A stretch of 64,000 nt of DNA from the human T2T-CHM13v2.0 reference genome, Homo sapiens. A program made the translations under genes and the position numbers. This document shows positions 28,760 through 42,110 of this stretch, piece after piece. The number at the start of each line of letters is the position of its first letter. The stretch's first letter is position 1. The stretch is taken from NCBI RefSeq assembly GCF_009914755.1, contig NC_060936.1. One strand, given 5' to 3'. The notes beneath the pieces are model-generated. The model searched no databases and was not told where the DNA came from. It saw only the letters and a list, made by a program, of their open reading frames with translations.

Positions 28760-30900
28760 TATTTTAGCATAACATTTTCTTCCCCAAAGCATTTGTACCT
28801 ATGTACACACTCCCACCAGAGAGTTTGAGAACATCCTGTTTTCTCACATCCTCATCTGTGCTTATTATTGCTAAATTCTCAAAATTTTGTCTGGTCAGTG
28901 GCTAGGAAATGCTTTCTTATTGTTTTAATTTATACTTATTTGTTTGTTAATGAGATTAAATGTTTTTCATGTATTTATTGCCGTTTGGGTTGCTTACTTT
29001 TTGAATTTTCTATTTATATCCATTGCCCATTTTCCAATGGGGTCTTTGTTTTTTAATCTGTTTTCCTATTCATTTTAATAATTAATTAATGAGAGTTGCT
29101 TTTTGTTTGCATTCTGGATACTAATCTTTCATTGCTAATAGTACTGCAGCTTGTCTGTGAATTTATGATGTCTTTTATCATATAGATTTTAAAGTTCAGA
29201 TGTAGTCTGTACATTTTCTCCTTTATACTTCATACTTTTTGTTTTGTTTTGCTTAAGTATCCTCCTTTATCCCAAATTCATAAAGATGTGCTTTTTTTCA
29301 TTTTCTCCTAATATTTTTAAAGTTTTGCATTGTATATTGAGTTCTGTAATCATCCATTTGGGTATTTTTTGGTGATATTTCTTCGTTGATGTTGTGCTGT
29401 CCAATGTAATTTAATTTTAGTTTAGGTAACAAATCATTCTAGTGTGATTTACTGAATTCCCTGCTCTTATTCTGCTGGTATCACATACCATCTCTGTCAG
29501 CTATCACAGATATCAGTATTGGTATATCTGCAGTCCCTTGATCTGGTCCCTAGTTTATATGTTTATTTCTGCTCCAACATTACTGTCATAGGGCTAACCA
29601 CTACAACTTTATAGTTTTGTTATTGAAAGAGATGATTCACCATCTTTTTCTATTTCAAAATTGCTGTTGTTTACTCTTTGCTAATCCATGTGAATTTTCA
29701 GATCAAGACAATTTCTGTGAAAAAGAAATTATTTTGAGAAGTTTGCAGGTTAATTTTAGGATATTTGACATTTTTGCAGTAACTTTTTCTAGCTTTCTAA
29801 AGAATATAGTTCTTCATTTTTACATCCTTGTGTGTTTGGTTAAGTTCTATAATTTTCTCCATGAAAACTCTGTACAATTTTGAAATTTTTCTTGTTTTGT
29901 TTTATAATATTTGTTTGTACTTTTCCTTTTGAGAATAAGACTCAATAAATTAATTCCTTAAATTCAATTTTAGTAACACATATTCTTTTTATTTTATTCA
30001 TTAATCTCATGTCAGAGATTAACTTAATGAATAAATAATCTCTTTGCTATACTCTTTTATTGATTTTATATATTGCTTCTATATATTCTTTTAGATTTCT
30101 GTGAGAACTTTCACATCATCTTTGAATTATGATAATTTACTGCTTTATTTTTTAAATTTCATTCGTTCATTTTATTATACTTTTGAATAGAAATATTAGT
30201 AGAGTGAATTCTTATTTTCAACTTTAAGAAGAATGCATCTCATGTTTCACTATTGAGTGTATTTTTTAAAGATTGCCTTTATTGTTAATGGTCCCCTTCT
30301 TTTCCTAGTTTATTAAGATATCTTATTATTTTGAATAAGAATGAATGAATGCTAAGTAATATTAAATGGTTTTCCTACATTTGAGATGATTAAACAATTT
30401 GTCTCCACTATTAATGCAATTAATTATAATATGTTTGCTATTAAACAATTATTAAATTTCTGGAATGAATTCTACTTAAATATTTTCTCTCTCTTCATAG
30501 AATCTATATTATATATAGATTATATTATTTATTGTATTATCACATATAATATATATTAACTTGTCTTTATATTAGTCTATATTATATATGTGGTATTTAT
30601 CCCATCAATTATGTATATATTTGCATACATGATCATATGAAGGATATTGGACTATATTTTACATTGTCCAGTTTGCATATCAGTTACACAGCATCATAGA
30701 AATTGTTGAAAAGCTTGTATTCATTTTCAATTCCTTTATAGTACTTTATCTAAAACAAGGGTAATATGTGACAGTGTTTCCTTAAAAGTTTATTTGCCTG
30801 TAAAACTGTCCTGGATTGGTATATGTGTTTGTTGTTGTTTGTTTTTGGTGTATTTCTTATTTTTAAACCATTACTTCTTCTTTAGTGACATTATGATTTT
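28760..30900 (-). mobile_element. Old L1ME-like fragment (related piece at about 26980-27480)
   Basis: T-rich antisense L1M text (acactcccaccag, tttctcacatcctc, ttgcccattttcc, attctggatactaatc). Boundaries approximate. Confidence 0.55.
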
Positions 30901-30911
30901 AGAGAAAATTC

Positions 30912-31207
<296 letters not shown>

Positions 31208-31582
31208 GAAAATTATTTCTTCTAATCTGAGTTTTCATATTTATTAGTATATGTTTCTAGAATATTCTTATTTTAGTTTTAAAAACTTTTTTCTGTAGCT
31301 ATGTGCCCATTTTTAGTATTTGCATTATTTTATTCTCCTTTTCTTCTTTTTTACCTCTATTACTTTCTTTCTCGGAGCTTTGCTATTTTATTAGTTTTTT
31401 CATGGACTCTTTATGTTTTATTTTTCATCTTCTCAACCATTTCTTTGTTTTCTATTTGTTTTTTTTTTTTTTTGCTTTTATGTTTTATCCTTCTATGTAC
31501 ATTCATTTAATGGGACAGTATTGTTATGCTTCAAATTTCTTGAGTTGAATGCTTTCATGCAAATGCTATTTCCTACACTGTT

Positions 31583-32950
31583 GAAAGTTTTTGTTTTTTT
31601 GTCTCTGATATCTGTGATCCTCTTTGAATACTTTTTGGTCTCATATTATCTTGAATATAGACTACCCTGTTTGAATGCCATTACCTGAGAATACTGAAAA
31701 AACATACGGCCTCAGTGAAAGATATATGCTGAATTTCATGGCAGAGGAGATTGATGAGTACCTGGGTATAGGCTGCAATCTCATAGTCTGGATTGCTGAT
31801 TTGAAACTAGGAAGGAGTTGGTGGATACTTCTTTTAGCCAGGATCATGTTTCATTTGCAATGGAAAAGTTATATCATCAACAACTAACAGATATGCCAAC
31901 GGTTAGTTTAAATAATCTAGTTAAAGGAGATTAATGTAGTTAAATGACCTACATGTAGTTGTGAGAAGGAGACAAAGTCATGTGAAACAATTAGCTAGTG
32001 ATTTAAAATAATTTGACAAATTGCTTAGTTCAGACTTAAATAATTTATGACTGTGGAGGAGAGAAAAACATTGAGAACTAACATAGTTGTGGAAAGTTTC
32101 TTATCTTTGTTTTCTTGTTGCTGGTATCTATGGTCCTCCTTGAATACCTTTTTGGTCTCCTATTATCTTGAGTATAGACCACCCAGTTTGAATGCCATTG
32201 CCTGAGAATGCTCAAAGAATGTACGGTCCCAGTGAAAGATATATGCTGAATTTCTTGACAGGGGAGATTGACTACTGTGTACTCAATTTTGGGGGGCAGG
32301 GAGCTAGCATAAAAAGATGATATTGATGATGATGAAGATAACAATACCTACATACATTTTTGAAGTTTATTATATACCAAACACTGTACCAAGTACTTTA
32401 TATGAATAATTTAAATTAATTCTAAGAAAAATTTTGATGGAAATATTATTATCATTATCATTATTATTAATGGTGGCAGTATAGCTGTGTGGACTATACT
32501 ATGGTATGGGCTTTTCCTGTGCTTTTAATAATGTATAGAGCTCAGAATATAGGATCACAAAGGATTAACATTGCAACTGATATAAATAAGCATGATTAAA
32601 ACATAAGTGTGTAAGGAATGCTCATGGGATAATGGGAAGAAGAGCTTAACCAGTGTAGAAGCTGATTATCTGGTCACATGGAAAAAAGCATTGGTAAGTA
32701 GTGGTGAATCTCATTATGTATGGCCTTTATTACTACCACAGGACTTTTTTTTAAAGTAGAGATTTGGGGGGCAGGGGACTAACATAAAAATGATGATAGT
32801 GATGATGAAGATGATATCAATACCTATATACTTTTTAAACCTTATTATATGCTAAACACTGAGTATCTAGTGCTTTATAATAATTTAAATGAATTCTCAG
32901 AAAAATTTTGAAATAGGTGTTCTTATTATTAAAGGTAGTAATATAGTTGT
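31583..32950. repeat. Old local duplication with layout A-x-A'B'-z-B
   Basis: 31583-31754 resembles 32092-32271, and 32271-32488 resembles 32732-32950; identity roughly 75-85% by eye. Confidence 0.85.
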
Positions 32951-34014
32951 CATCATCATTTTTATTGTTATGTTCTAATTGTAGATACTTAGATCATCTC
33001 ACATGCCTAAGTACATGACAGAACCAGGACTCTTAGCAGACATTATGCTTCTAAAATAATTATTAAAATTAGTCTGATGTGGCCCATAGGATGGATTCCT
33101 GAGGGTGAGAACCCATCTGGGGTTGTCTCTAGGAGACAGTGAAATAATTCAGCTATGCAGAGGTAGAGGCTTGGCCTCAGGAAGTAATAAATCATAGAGG
33201 ACTCCAAGGCTCCAAGCATGGGTAACTGAAGCAATGGGGCATTAATTCTGCTTTCTTGTATGGAATTAATTTTCTTTCCCCTTTCATTCTCTTTTTTCCC
33301 TTGTTCTATCCTCTCTTTCTGCCTTTCTTTTTTGTAATCAACTTGTGAGTAAGGGATATTCAGGATTAGGTATTTCTTTTTCTGTTCTTCAGATGCTAAA
33401 TATAGCTATCATATTATTATGGAAAAAAAAAACAGCGAAGAAAACATGTTTTTCAAAAAACCATGGAGGATTTAAGGTATGCTTTTATTCCATACCAAAA
33501 GACATGCTTCAGGAACAAATCTTGTTAGAACATTGTTTTATTTCCACATATGTCCAGAATTAGTGCAGAAACATCATTTACAAATTTACATTTTAAAAGT
33601 ACTTTGATTTTGAATCAATAGACTAATCCTTTCAGTAACTCAAAAAGTAAAAAGAAATTCTTACTTCATAATTCTTTTGCTAATCAAAGAACTCAACAAC
33701 TGAGTGAATGGAAGCAAGTAACTTGGACAAAGCACCTAATCCCTTCACCTCAGTCTCTCCTGTATGTCAACGGAAAGTAATGATACATTATTTCTTAACT
33801 TCTCTTGTGCTGGAGGAGAGCAAACCATTAAGCTAAGACATTTGTAGTGTAGACTATATACTAGCCAAAGATTTCCTGAAAGGACTAAGAAGGAAAAGAT
33901 TATTTTGTTTTGATGGATGTGCTACTTGTTAACTAGAGTATTCTCATTACCAACTTATTTTAGGGACCTATCATTAATTTACACTTGTGTGGACTTCTGC
34001 ACTAAAAATGGAGC

Positions 34015-34407
34015 TACTAGGTTAGTCCAGATTTTCTAAGAAGGAGAAAACATTATATGCAAAAGATTTATTTGTTAAAGGAGCCAGAGAAGGTAGGGGG
34101 ACCTGCCTTCAGACCACATTACAATTGACAGCCTTTGCAAGGAGAGAGGAAAGGAAGAGGCGTCAGGTTGATAGTTTCAGACTTTAGCTCAATTGCAAAA
34201 ACACATTCATCCACACCAGTGACAAGTCGTCTAGTTAGAGTTATCCATTGGTGGAGTCTCCTGTCTCACTAGAACAGGTCTGCAGTTGTTACACTGTCCT
34301 GCTCAGTGATTGGCTAGGAGTAAACTGAGGAAAGAGTGACCTTTGTGATGGTAAATGCAGAGGGGCAGCAGTGGGAAATCTGAGCAGTGCATTTTCACAG
34401 CTGCCAC
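34015..34407 (-). mobile_element. Old ERVL LTR (LTR16-like)
   Basis: Ends cagctgccaca (TGTGGCAGC start on the - strand); ctgctcagtgattggctagg and tgcaaaagatttatttg are typical. Family call tentative. Confidence 0.45.
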
Positions 34408-34985
34408 ATCCACATACAGTAATAAAAATATCACTATTTTCAATTTTGCTAGCCTTTTGTTCTTACTGAACCTGCCATAAAGAAGCTTTATGTCTCCTAG
34501 ACCATAAACATGTCCTATTCTGCAAGTTCATATCTGTCTTCTATTTTATCCCTAATCCTGGGAATATGGGTCAGGCATTTCAACTATGTCCCATTGAATT
34601 AGGTTTTCCTTCTTCCTCTTCTGTGAGCATCTCACTGATTCCAAACTCTCAGTAACTCTAAGAATTTCCTTTATTTTTCTAAGTTCTTGCTATACCCCAT
34701 GTTTCTAGAGACAGTCATGTAAATATTTTGAATTGGGATCACAAGAGGTCATCTAAATTCGTTTAAATTATTGATTTTGGAGGTGGGTATAAGTGGGTTT
34801 CTAATTCTGGCTCCATTGTTTACTACCCATGTCAATTTCTACAAGGTGTGTAAACTTTATGCCTCAATTTTCTGACCTGATAAATAAAGATAGTAATATT
34901 TTCCTTTTGATATTATGGCCTTAGCATGTAGTACAAATAGTTAATGAATGACAGATACATTATTGATGACTTCAGCTAGGACTTA

Positions 34986-35359
34986 TGGTGTGGTTTGGCC
35001 CTGTTTCCCCACCCAAATCTCATATCGAATTGTCATCCCCACTTGTCAAGGGAGGGGACCTGTAATCCCCACATGTCAAGGAAGGGAACTGATTGGATTA
35101 TGGGGGCGGTTTCCCCCATACTGTTACTCATGATAGTAATCGAATTCACATGAGATCTGATGGTTTCATAAGTGGTAGTTTTTCCTGCGTGCTCACACTC
35201 ACAAGAAGGTGCTTGCTTTCCCTTTGCCTTCCACCATGATGGTAAGTTTCCTGAGGCTTCCCCAGCCATGTGGAACTGTGAGTCAACTAAACCTCTTTCC
35301 TTTATGAATCTCCAAGTCTTGGGTAGTTCTTTATAGCAGTGTGAGAACGGACTAGTACA
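34986..35359 (+). mobile_element. Solo MaLR LTR, THE1(C/D)-like, 374 bp
   Basis: TG...CA termini (tggtgtggtttgg ... ggactagtaca), typical THE1/MST LTR body, and 5-bp TSD ACTTA at 34981-34985 and 35360-35364. Confidence 0.9.
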
Positions 35360-38300
35360 ACTTACAACTTTTCTACACCTTTCCACGTCTTAAACTCCTA
35401 ATTACGTTTTCAATGGGTTACTTCAAACCTACTTCCAGTCTTTCCAACTCATGTTATCTTCAGACCACATCTCCTATATTATTGGAAAGTGATGGTCCAT
35501 CACTTGTTCAATATTTTTTGAGAGCCTGCTATGTGCCAGGAACAGTTTTTGGCAATGAGCGTATAATGGTGACAGACCAATTCCCCACCTTGATGGAGAT
35601 TACAATCTATTTTGTGCAATGTACTTTCTTAACCTCTGTGCTTTACACTTCAACATCTCTTATGTATCTTTTCTTATTTCTTATTTCCCTTTTCTGCCTC
35701 AGTCCTGTCTCAGAGTAGATTGTTGTTATTCTTTCCCAAGATTAATCTAAATTCTTATTAGCTTTCCTGGAATCTTGCTTCAATAATGATTTCTTGATTG
35801 ACTGTGTCTTCAGTTTCTATCTCCACTGGGTCATCTTTTGCTTTGCAGAAAAAAATTTCTCCCATTTCTACCAAAGAAAATCACAAACAAACCTTTCATG
35901 TGAATTTGCTTCTAGCTTTCTCTTTTCTTCCTTCTGTTTTCACTTGGCTTTCACACCCACAAGTCTATTTAAATATCTCTCTCTTAAATATGGCCTACTA
36001 TGGCCTTCTCTTAGCTATTATTTTCCTTGAAATCTGAAGCACTAATTCTTAAAACATGTCTTCTATGACACTGCTTATACCCAGTTTGCCTTCTGTTTTT
36101 TATCACAATATGTCATTTTTTTCTCTTAATGTCATTTCTTCGTTGATTTCAATGGATATTTGTTGAGCGCCTGTTACAAGCACTGAAGTGCAAGTCATAA
36201 AACAGAATAAACAAATAGAAAACAATTATACGATTCTGTTTTCTATTTTTCTTACTAAAGCCTTAGAACTTTTCTCTTGGCAGACTCTCCCACTCTAATT
36301 CCCAATTTATCTATTCAATCGTAACTTTCCACTCAATTTTATTCCTGTGGTTGAACTTGCCCTCTGTTCCTTGGGTTCTATACCTGTTCCTCAAACAGCA
36401 CATTTACAAACAGATGTTATTATATTCACCTCACCAGCACTTTCTTCTAAATTCTGTATATCTGCTAATGTCATCATCCACTCTAGCTTTAAAATACAAA
36501 CTTATCTTTCCATTTCTTAAACCTATCTCTGATTTTTATCATTGTTATCATTTGTTTCTGGTTACTTTACTTCTTCCTTGGAGTATCACAGTTAAGTCCC
36601 GACTTTTTTGAAAACCAATTTTCCAAATTCCTTATCCCTGGTATTCAAAGTCCTCTAAAAACTGTCTCAATCTTATTTTCCATCTAATCTTCCATTTTCT
36701 GGTTTTATTTACTGTCTTTCCATATAAACTTCCCTACTTGTGATTTCCACTTTCACGCCTATTTGACCACATAAAGTCTATTCCTGTCATAACATGCAAA
36801 TGCCTTTTGTTTATCTTAACTCATGGAACCCTTATCCATCCTCCAAGGTTCAACACAAATAACACTTCTTTAGACCCTCGTTATCCTTTGTCCCTCCAGA
36901 TATAACCTCTCCCTCTTCTGAAAACAGTAGAATACTTTCTCTTGTCATTCATTTTATTTTGCTTTGCATCTCATCTCACTTATGAGATTTTGAAATCCTC
37001 AAAGACAGAGACTTGTGTCATTTAGGATACCAAACATACCACCTTATTCAATAAGCATGCACTAAAGAAAGAAATTAGTTGAGAAGATCTCCCTCTCCAA
37101 AAGTGAGGATTTATCACTGAAGTATACCAGTGAGGCAATAGACTGTATATCCTGGCTGAATAGCTCCTCTACAAGAACACAAAGTAATTGCTATGCATGC
37201 AGAATTTTCTCTTTCTCTGTTATCCATGTCTTACATTAAGGGAGCACCTCCTCTGAGCCAGACATAGGAAGAGGGTGGTACCAAGTCATGAGGACACAGT
37301 TTTTTCTCTGGGCATGTTTAATACCTCTGAGACTGATGTGCATGCAAATGGCTACAATGTAAAATAAAAGAAAATTTAGGTGGGAACTTACATTAAAAAG
37401 ATATTCCAGATATAAAAATTGCTAAATGATGAATGGGTTTATAAGCATACTTTTGTGGAATATTCTCTATGAAACTTTAGAAAAATCAAGTAGATATCCT
37501 AATATATCCTTGAATGTTAGTTTAGCAAACAGTGATGAGTTTTCTAGAGCAAGTCTCAAAAATTATTAAATCTTGCAGAAATAGTATGTCTACTTTTCAT
37601 AAAGCTACTCGGGCTTCCTAAATGTCCAGTTTGTTTGACTGGGGCTGGAGTTTTGAATCACAAGGTAATGTAAGTTACAATATTGTAAACAAAGTTTGCT
37701 TGATAAACAAATGTTTTAAAGGCATGATGAAAAAGGATTCTGAGTTTTCTTAAAAAAAGTTTATAATGAGCTCTGCCTGTGTTAGGGGTTGTGATCTTTG
37801 TTATAATCCATACATAGTATGTGCTTAGTATATGTTGGCTAAACCATGACAGTTGGAGAGCCCATCTGTCTATGAAGTTCTATAAAATAAGGATTTTTGA
37901 ATTTTAGCTTTGGAAAGAAAAGGCTAGTTAAACATAGAAGAGTGCATGCCACTCCAGAGGCTATTAAAATGTTCAGATGGGTAACATAGTCATATTTTCT
38001 AAAACTTAATTGAGTTATACAATATAATATAATCAGGAGCTAAGTGATATTCTATAACTTTTGAATACTGATTGTACTTCTAGTTTTTCCTTCCTGTTAC
38101 CACTCTCTCCAGCTTAATTCAGACAGGAAAATTGGTACATTCTTTATGATCAGAAAGCATTCTTGTGTCATTAGACCATGCTAGATTAATAGTTTTTATA
38201 AACTGACAAGAGACCAAGTCATCATTACCTGGGGGGAAACACCTAAATCATCTGAAGATGGCTATTCAGTGCTGAAGGAAAGTTTGAGTTGACTGCTTTA

Positions 38301-39324
38301 GATACTAAGTCTCAATTCCCAGTTGGCAATGGTCAGGTTTGCTGAAAAATGGACAGTTTCCACCCTCGGGATGGGTCGATTATACTGGGAAATATATAGG
38401 AGGAGAGCTTGTCAAGGCAATTCAAGGAACAGAGCTGATATGTTCTAAAGGGAATTCTAATCTAGTCCTCAGATTGAATCATAAATGCTTATGTTTCATG
38501 GTCATATACAAATGTGCAGAAGATAAAGAGGAAGAAGCTAAAGAAAGAGCAATGAATGGAAGGTGTGAGAAGAAAAAAAATCAGAAAAGGCATAAAACTA
38601 TTATATTTCAGCCTATCATTTGTTGAGATGAGAATAAAATACTGACTTGGGAGCAATTTTGGTGGTGGTTGAAATTTTTTGATACACATCTTTAATGGTG
38701 ATTCATAGTCTGAGTATTGCACTACATTCAAGTCCCAGAATTCTAACAAATCATTCTAGTAACAAACTGTGGAAATTCATTGTTGTGTTGCTGGACTGGA
38801 CAGCAGTCCAGTCCCTGGCTGAATGATTCTATATGTGATTCTTACGATTTTCTTGTAAAAAGAGACATCTTGCAAGAAATGAATTATTGCAGTTGTACAT
38901 TTGTACTGAGTATGAAATGGGATGTGTAGTCATAAAGCAATTTGTAACCCCGAATCCAGGCTACCATTTGTATTTAAACATTCATTGCTTACAATCCACT
39001 GCTCCATACCAATTCAATTTGGTCAAGTGTCTTCTTGAAGGCTTATTTATATTTTACATGAAGATTTGTTATCATCCATACTTAATTGTAATTCCTTGGA
39101 ATGTTTCATATTGATTACGTACCTACCTTTTGCATTCATGTTGTTCTGCCATATTATAATAATGGTTCTCAAGATGAGAGAGACTCTTTCAAATTAGTAT
39201 TTTCTTCTATTTCTCAAGTTATTTATATTGATCTCATATGTTTTACTTGCATATGGATGTATGCAGCTAAATACAACCTCAAAAAGAAATAGGAAATGAA
39301 AATGATTAGACAATTTGAAATAAT

Positions 39325-39550
39325 ACTGGTAGCTAACACTCCTATATGGCTTACTATTTTTCAGACCTAGTTCAAACTGCTTTACATGTATTGAGTTATT
39401 TAAGCTTTAGAACAGCCATATTAAATATAACTACTATTAACTACACTTTACAAGGAGAAAAGTAAGGAGCAGAGAGCTGAAATATTCTTACTGAGTAAAC
39501 ATGGTGAGTAAGTAGCAGACTTAAGATTTGAACCCAGACAGTCTGACTTC
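39325..39550 (-). mobile_element. MIR
   Basis: gtagctaacact...ttactat...tgctttacatgtatt...agtaagtagcagacttaagatttgaacccagacagtctgact. Confidence 0.65.
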
Positions 39551-40025
39551 TTGGTACTCTACTCTCTACTTCCACAACTAAACTTTTCTTGGTTAAGGAG
39601 TACATTCAGTACCTATTTTACTTCAAAGTTATATTTTAATATGATTATTTATTAACATGGGTATCCTTCCCTGAGCAAATTATGAGATTGTAAGTAAAAG
39701 AATCATGTTTTATTAAATTTGTCATATATAGTGTTCAATAAAATATTGAGTACTCCTGAATTACAGCTTATCATTGCCCTGAGATATTCTTTCTAGAGGA
39801 CTTCCATTTTGTGGTTGTAGGTTTTACACAAAACTTTAAAATTCACAAGACCAAAAAAATGAAATTGTTATCACTAAGTTGGATGTTGTTTTCATGATAC
39901 TGCTGTTTCTTAATTATTTTTGAAAATAGAATAGCATGAATGAAGTAGACTAGATTTGAGTAAAACAACTTTACAATCATGATACTTTGTTGAAATTCTG
40001 TTCTTTTTATTATTCTTTCCTATAG

Positions 40026-40091
40026 GGTGCTGCTTTAATAAGAATGCTGGCTAATTTTATGGGCCATTCAGTTTTCCAGAGGGGTTTGCAA
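40026..40091 (+). CDS. TRHDE: TRHDE internal coding exon (66 nt, phase 0/0): GAALIRMLANFMGHSVFQRGLQ
   Basis: Polypyrimidine tract then TAG acceptor (ttctttcctatag|GGT) and donor CAA|gtaagt. The translation matches the M1 aminopeptidase segment after the catalytic-Tyr 'YxKG' motif and matches human TRH-DE as I recall it. Confidence 0.96.
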
Positions 40092-41532
40092 GTAAGTAAA
40101 ATGCTTTTTATTTTCTTTTACATTTTTCCTTGTCAATATATTTCACAGCTTAGGAAATGGCTAATACAAAATTGCTGAACTTGGTGGAAAACTTTAAGAT
40201 GTGTAAGTTAAGCAATGTCTTTCTATATGACAAATGAAAATTCTAGATAGGATACTCACGATATCAACTGACAAAACTTGAACTGTTGAACAATTTAGAA
40301 TCTGTTTGATTTGCATTTTTAAATTGAAGTAATTTTAAAATATGCCAGATTCTAAATGTTCTATAAAAGACTTCCAGAAAGACTGCCTTCTTTTTCTTCC
40401 ATTTAAAGATTCAAATAAGGTGAAACAAATTTTGTTAGTGTTATTCGAATTATGTATTTGAGAAATCTTAAGGCTATTTTTCAAATATGCGCCTTTTAGG
40501 TTTTTGTTATTTTGCTGTTGATATACATAGATTATTTGTTCCAAAGGTTTTTAATTGTTTTTATTTTAATTAGAAAATATGTTTTTCTTAAAAAAGGAAG
40601 AAAAAGATACAGTTTTTATCATAATGTGTTTAGAGTATGAAGTATAGAATCTAAGAATGAATTCTTAGAAAAGGAAGATTATTAAACTTCTTAAAGCAGA
40701 CACAAGTATACTGAAAAAACTTTTATTCCATTGAATCTGCTGGAGCAAATCATGTTCCTAGTAGCTGTGATTGATGAATTATTTATGATGCATTCTGCTA
40801 CTTAGAAGTGTCCTTTAAAGTAAATTGATGTTCACCTGAAACACAATTATGCTAAGACAGAGAGAGCAATCAATCTTATCTGTTCTTAGTAAGCTTTTCA
40901 TTTTGAAATTTAAATAAACTACATCTGGGTCCAGGTCATATTTTAGTAGTATAATTCTATCTGTACCCCCAAATAAATTGAAAGATAAAATACAAGGCAA
41001 GAGTTAACTATGTTATGACAAACTCTCTCTCTATACTTAACACAACAGAAACTATATATAAAAATAAATTTTTTGAAGAATAATTTCCCTCAGAAAATAT
41101 TTTTACAGATTTGTTCCAGCAGGGTTTGAAATTTACTTTAATCAGCTCTTTCCATTAGGGACACCTTCAGAATAGCTGAATCCATTGAATCTATTTGCTG
41201 TATGTTAACAGCTCTATTCTGATCACATAGTTGGGAAAATCTTTTTTTCTCAAGGAGTATCCTTCATGAATATCAGCTATCTGGAGGAATGTCCTTCTTT
41301 ATCCCCATTCCTTTGTTTTTCCCCATTGAAGTTGTAGCATGACAGTTTCAGAAAATATCTAACTGTTCATAAGGGCAACATAAATTGAATTTGATTTCTT
41401 CATAGCAAGTTGATGTGAAATCATTTTCTGTATAAAATTCTTATTGTTTTTCTTCATCTGTGTGTATGGATTTGCTCAGCAGATTGAATAACTACAGTTA
41501 TATTATTTGGAAAGGATTATTATTTGGAAAGG

Positions 41533-41534
<2 letters not shown>

Positions 41535-41573
<39 letters not shown>
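41535..41573. repeat. (TAT)13 microsatellite preceded by a 17-bp tandem duplication (tattatttggaaaggat x2, 41501-41534)
   Basis: Read directly. Confidence 0.93.
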
Positions 41574-41759
41574 GAACGTTTTTGTTCATCCTGTCATACT
41601 TTCTATGGTGTGCAAAATATATCAATTTTTAATACATTCTTTTCCACTGACCCACTCTGCTCAGTTTTATATGAAACAGTTAGAATATAGCCTCTGACTC
41701 ATATCATATTAAACTTTCATTCCAAGCTTGTATTAATGTGTGCCTTTATGCTCTGATAC

Positions 41760-42110
41760 TTGATATGGTTAATTTTCAACTGAGGTACTCTATGTTTGTC
41801 AACACTGCATTTCATTTGCCTGGTGACATCTCATTGATCAGATAGATCTGTATCCTTCAGTACTTCGCTTGCAGCTTTATTTATACTCATCACTCAAACT
41901 GATTTAGTGTATCATCAGCAGTTTGGATTAGTTTACAGTAGATCCCTACATCTAGGTGATAAATTATCATCTCTTGTGCATGAAGATGTATGGGATACAT
42001 TTTGGAGTTGACCTCCTGAATAGACACTTGATGTCATGGTGCTGAGTGGTCACAGAGTTGATATTAATGTGCTTCCCATCCAGAAGGCCCTGGGGAGTCT
42101 TGGTTTACAA
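41760..42110 (-). mobile_element. CR1/L3-clade LINE reverse-transcriptase fossil
   Basis: The minus strand reads LDVGIYCKLIQTADDT (41955-41908) and QMKCSVDK (41818-41795), with PQG near 42090. These match CR1 RT motifs PQG / FADDT / WQMxFNVDK in the right order. Confidence 0.65.

Noticed and set aside
41460-41690. ORF with poly-Tyr; also the VCVC/ERER ORFs at 23297-23527 and 55540-55967
   Set aside because: Artefacts of microsatellites.
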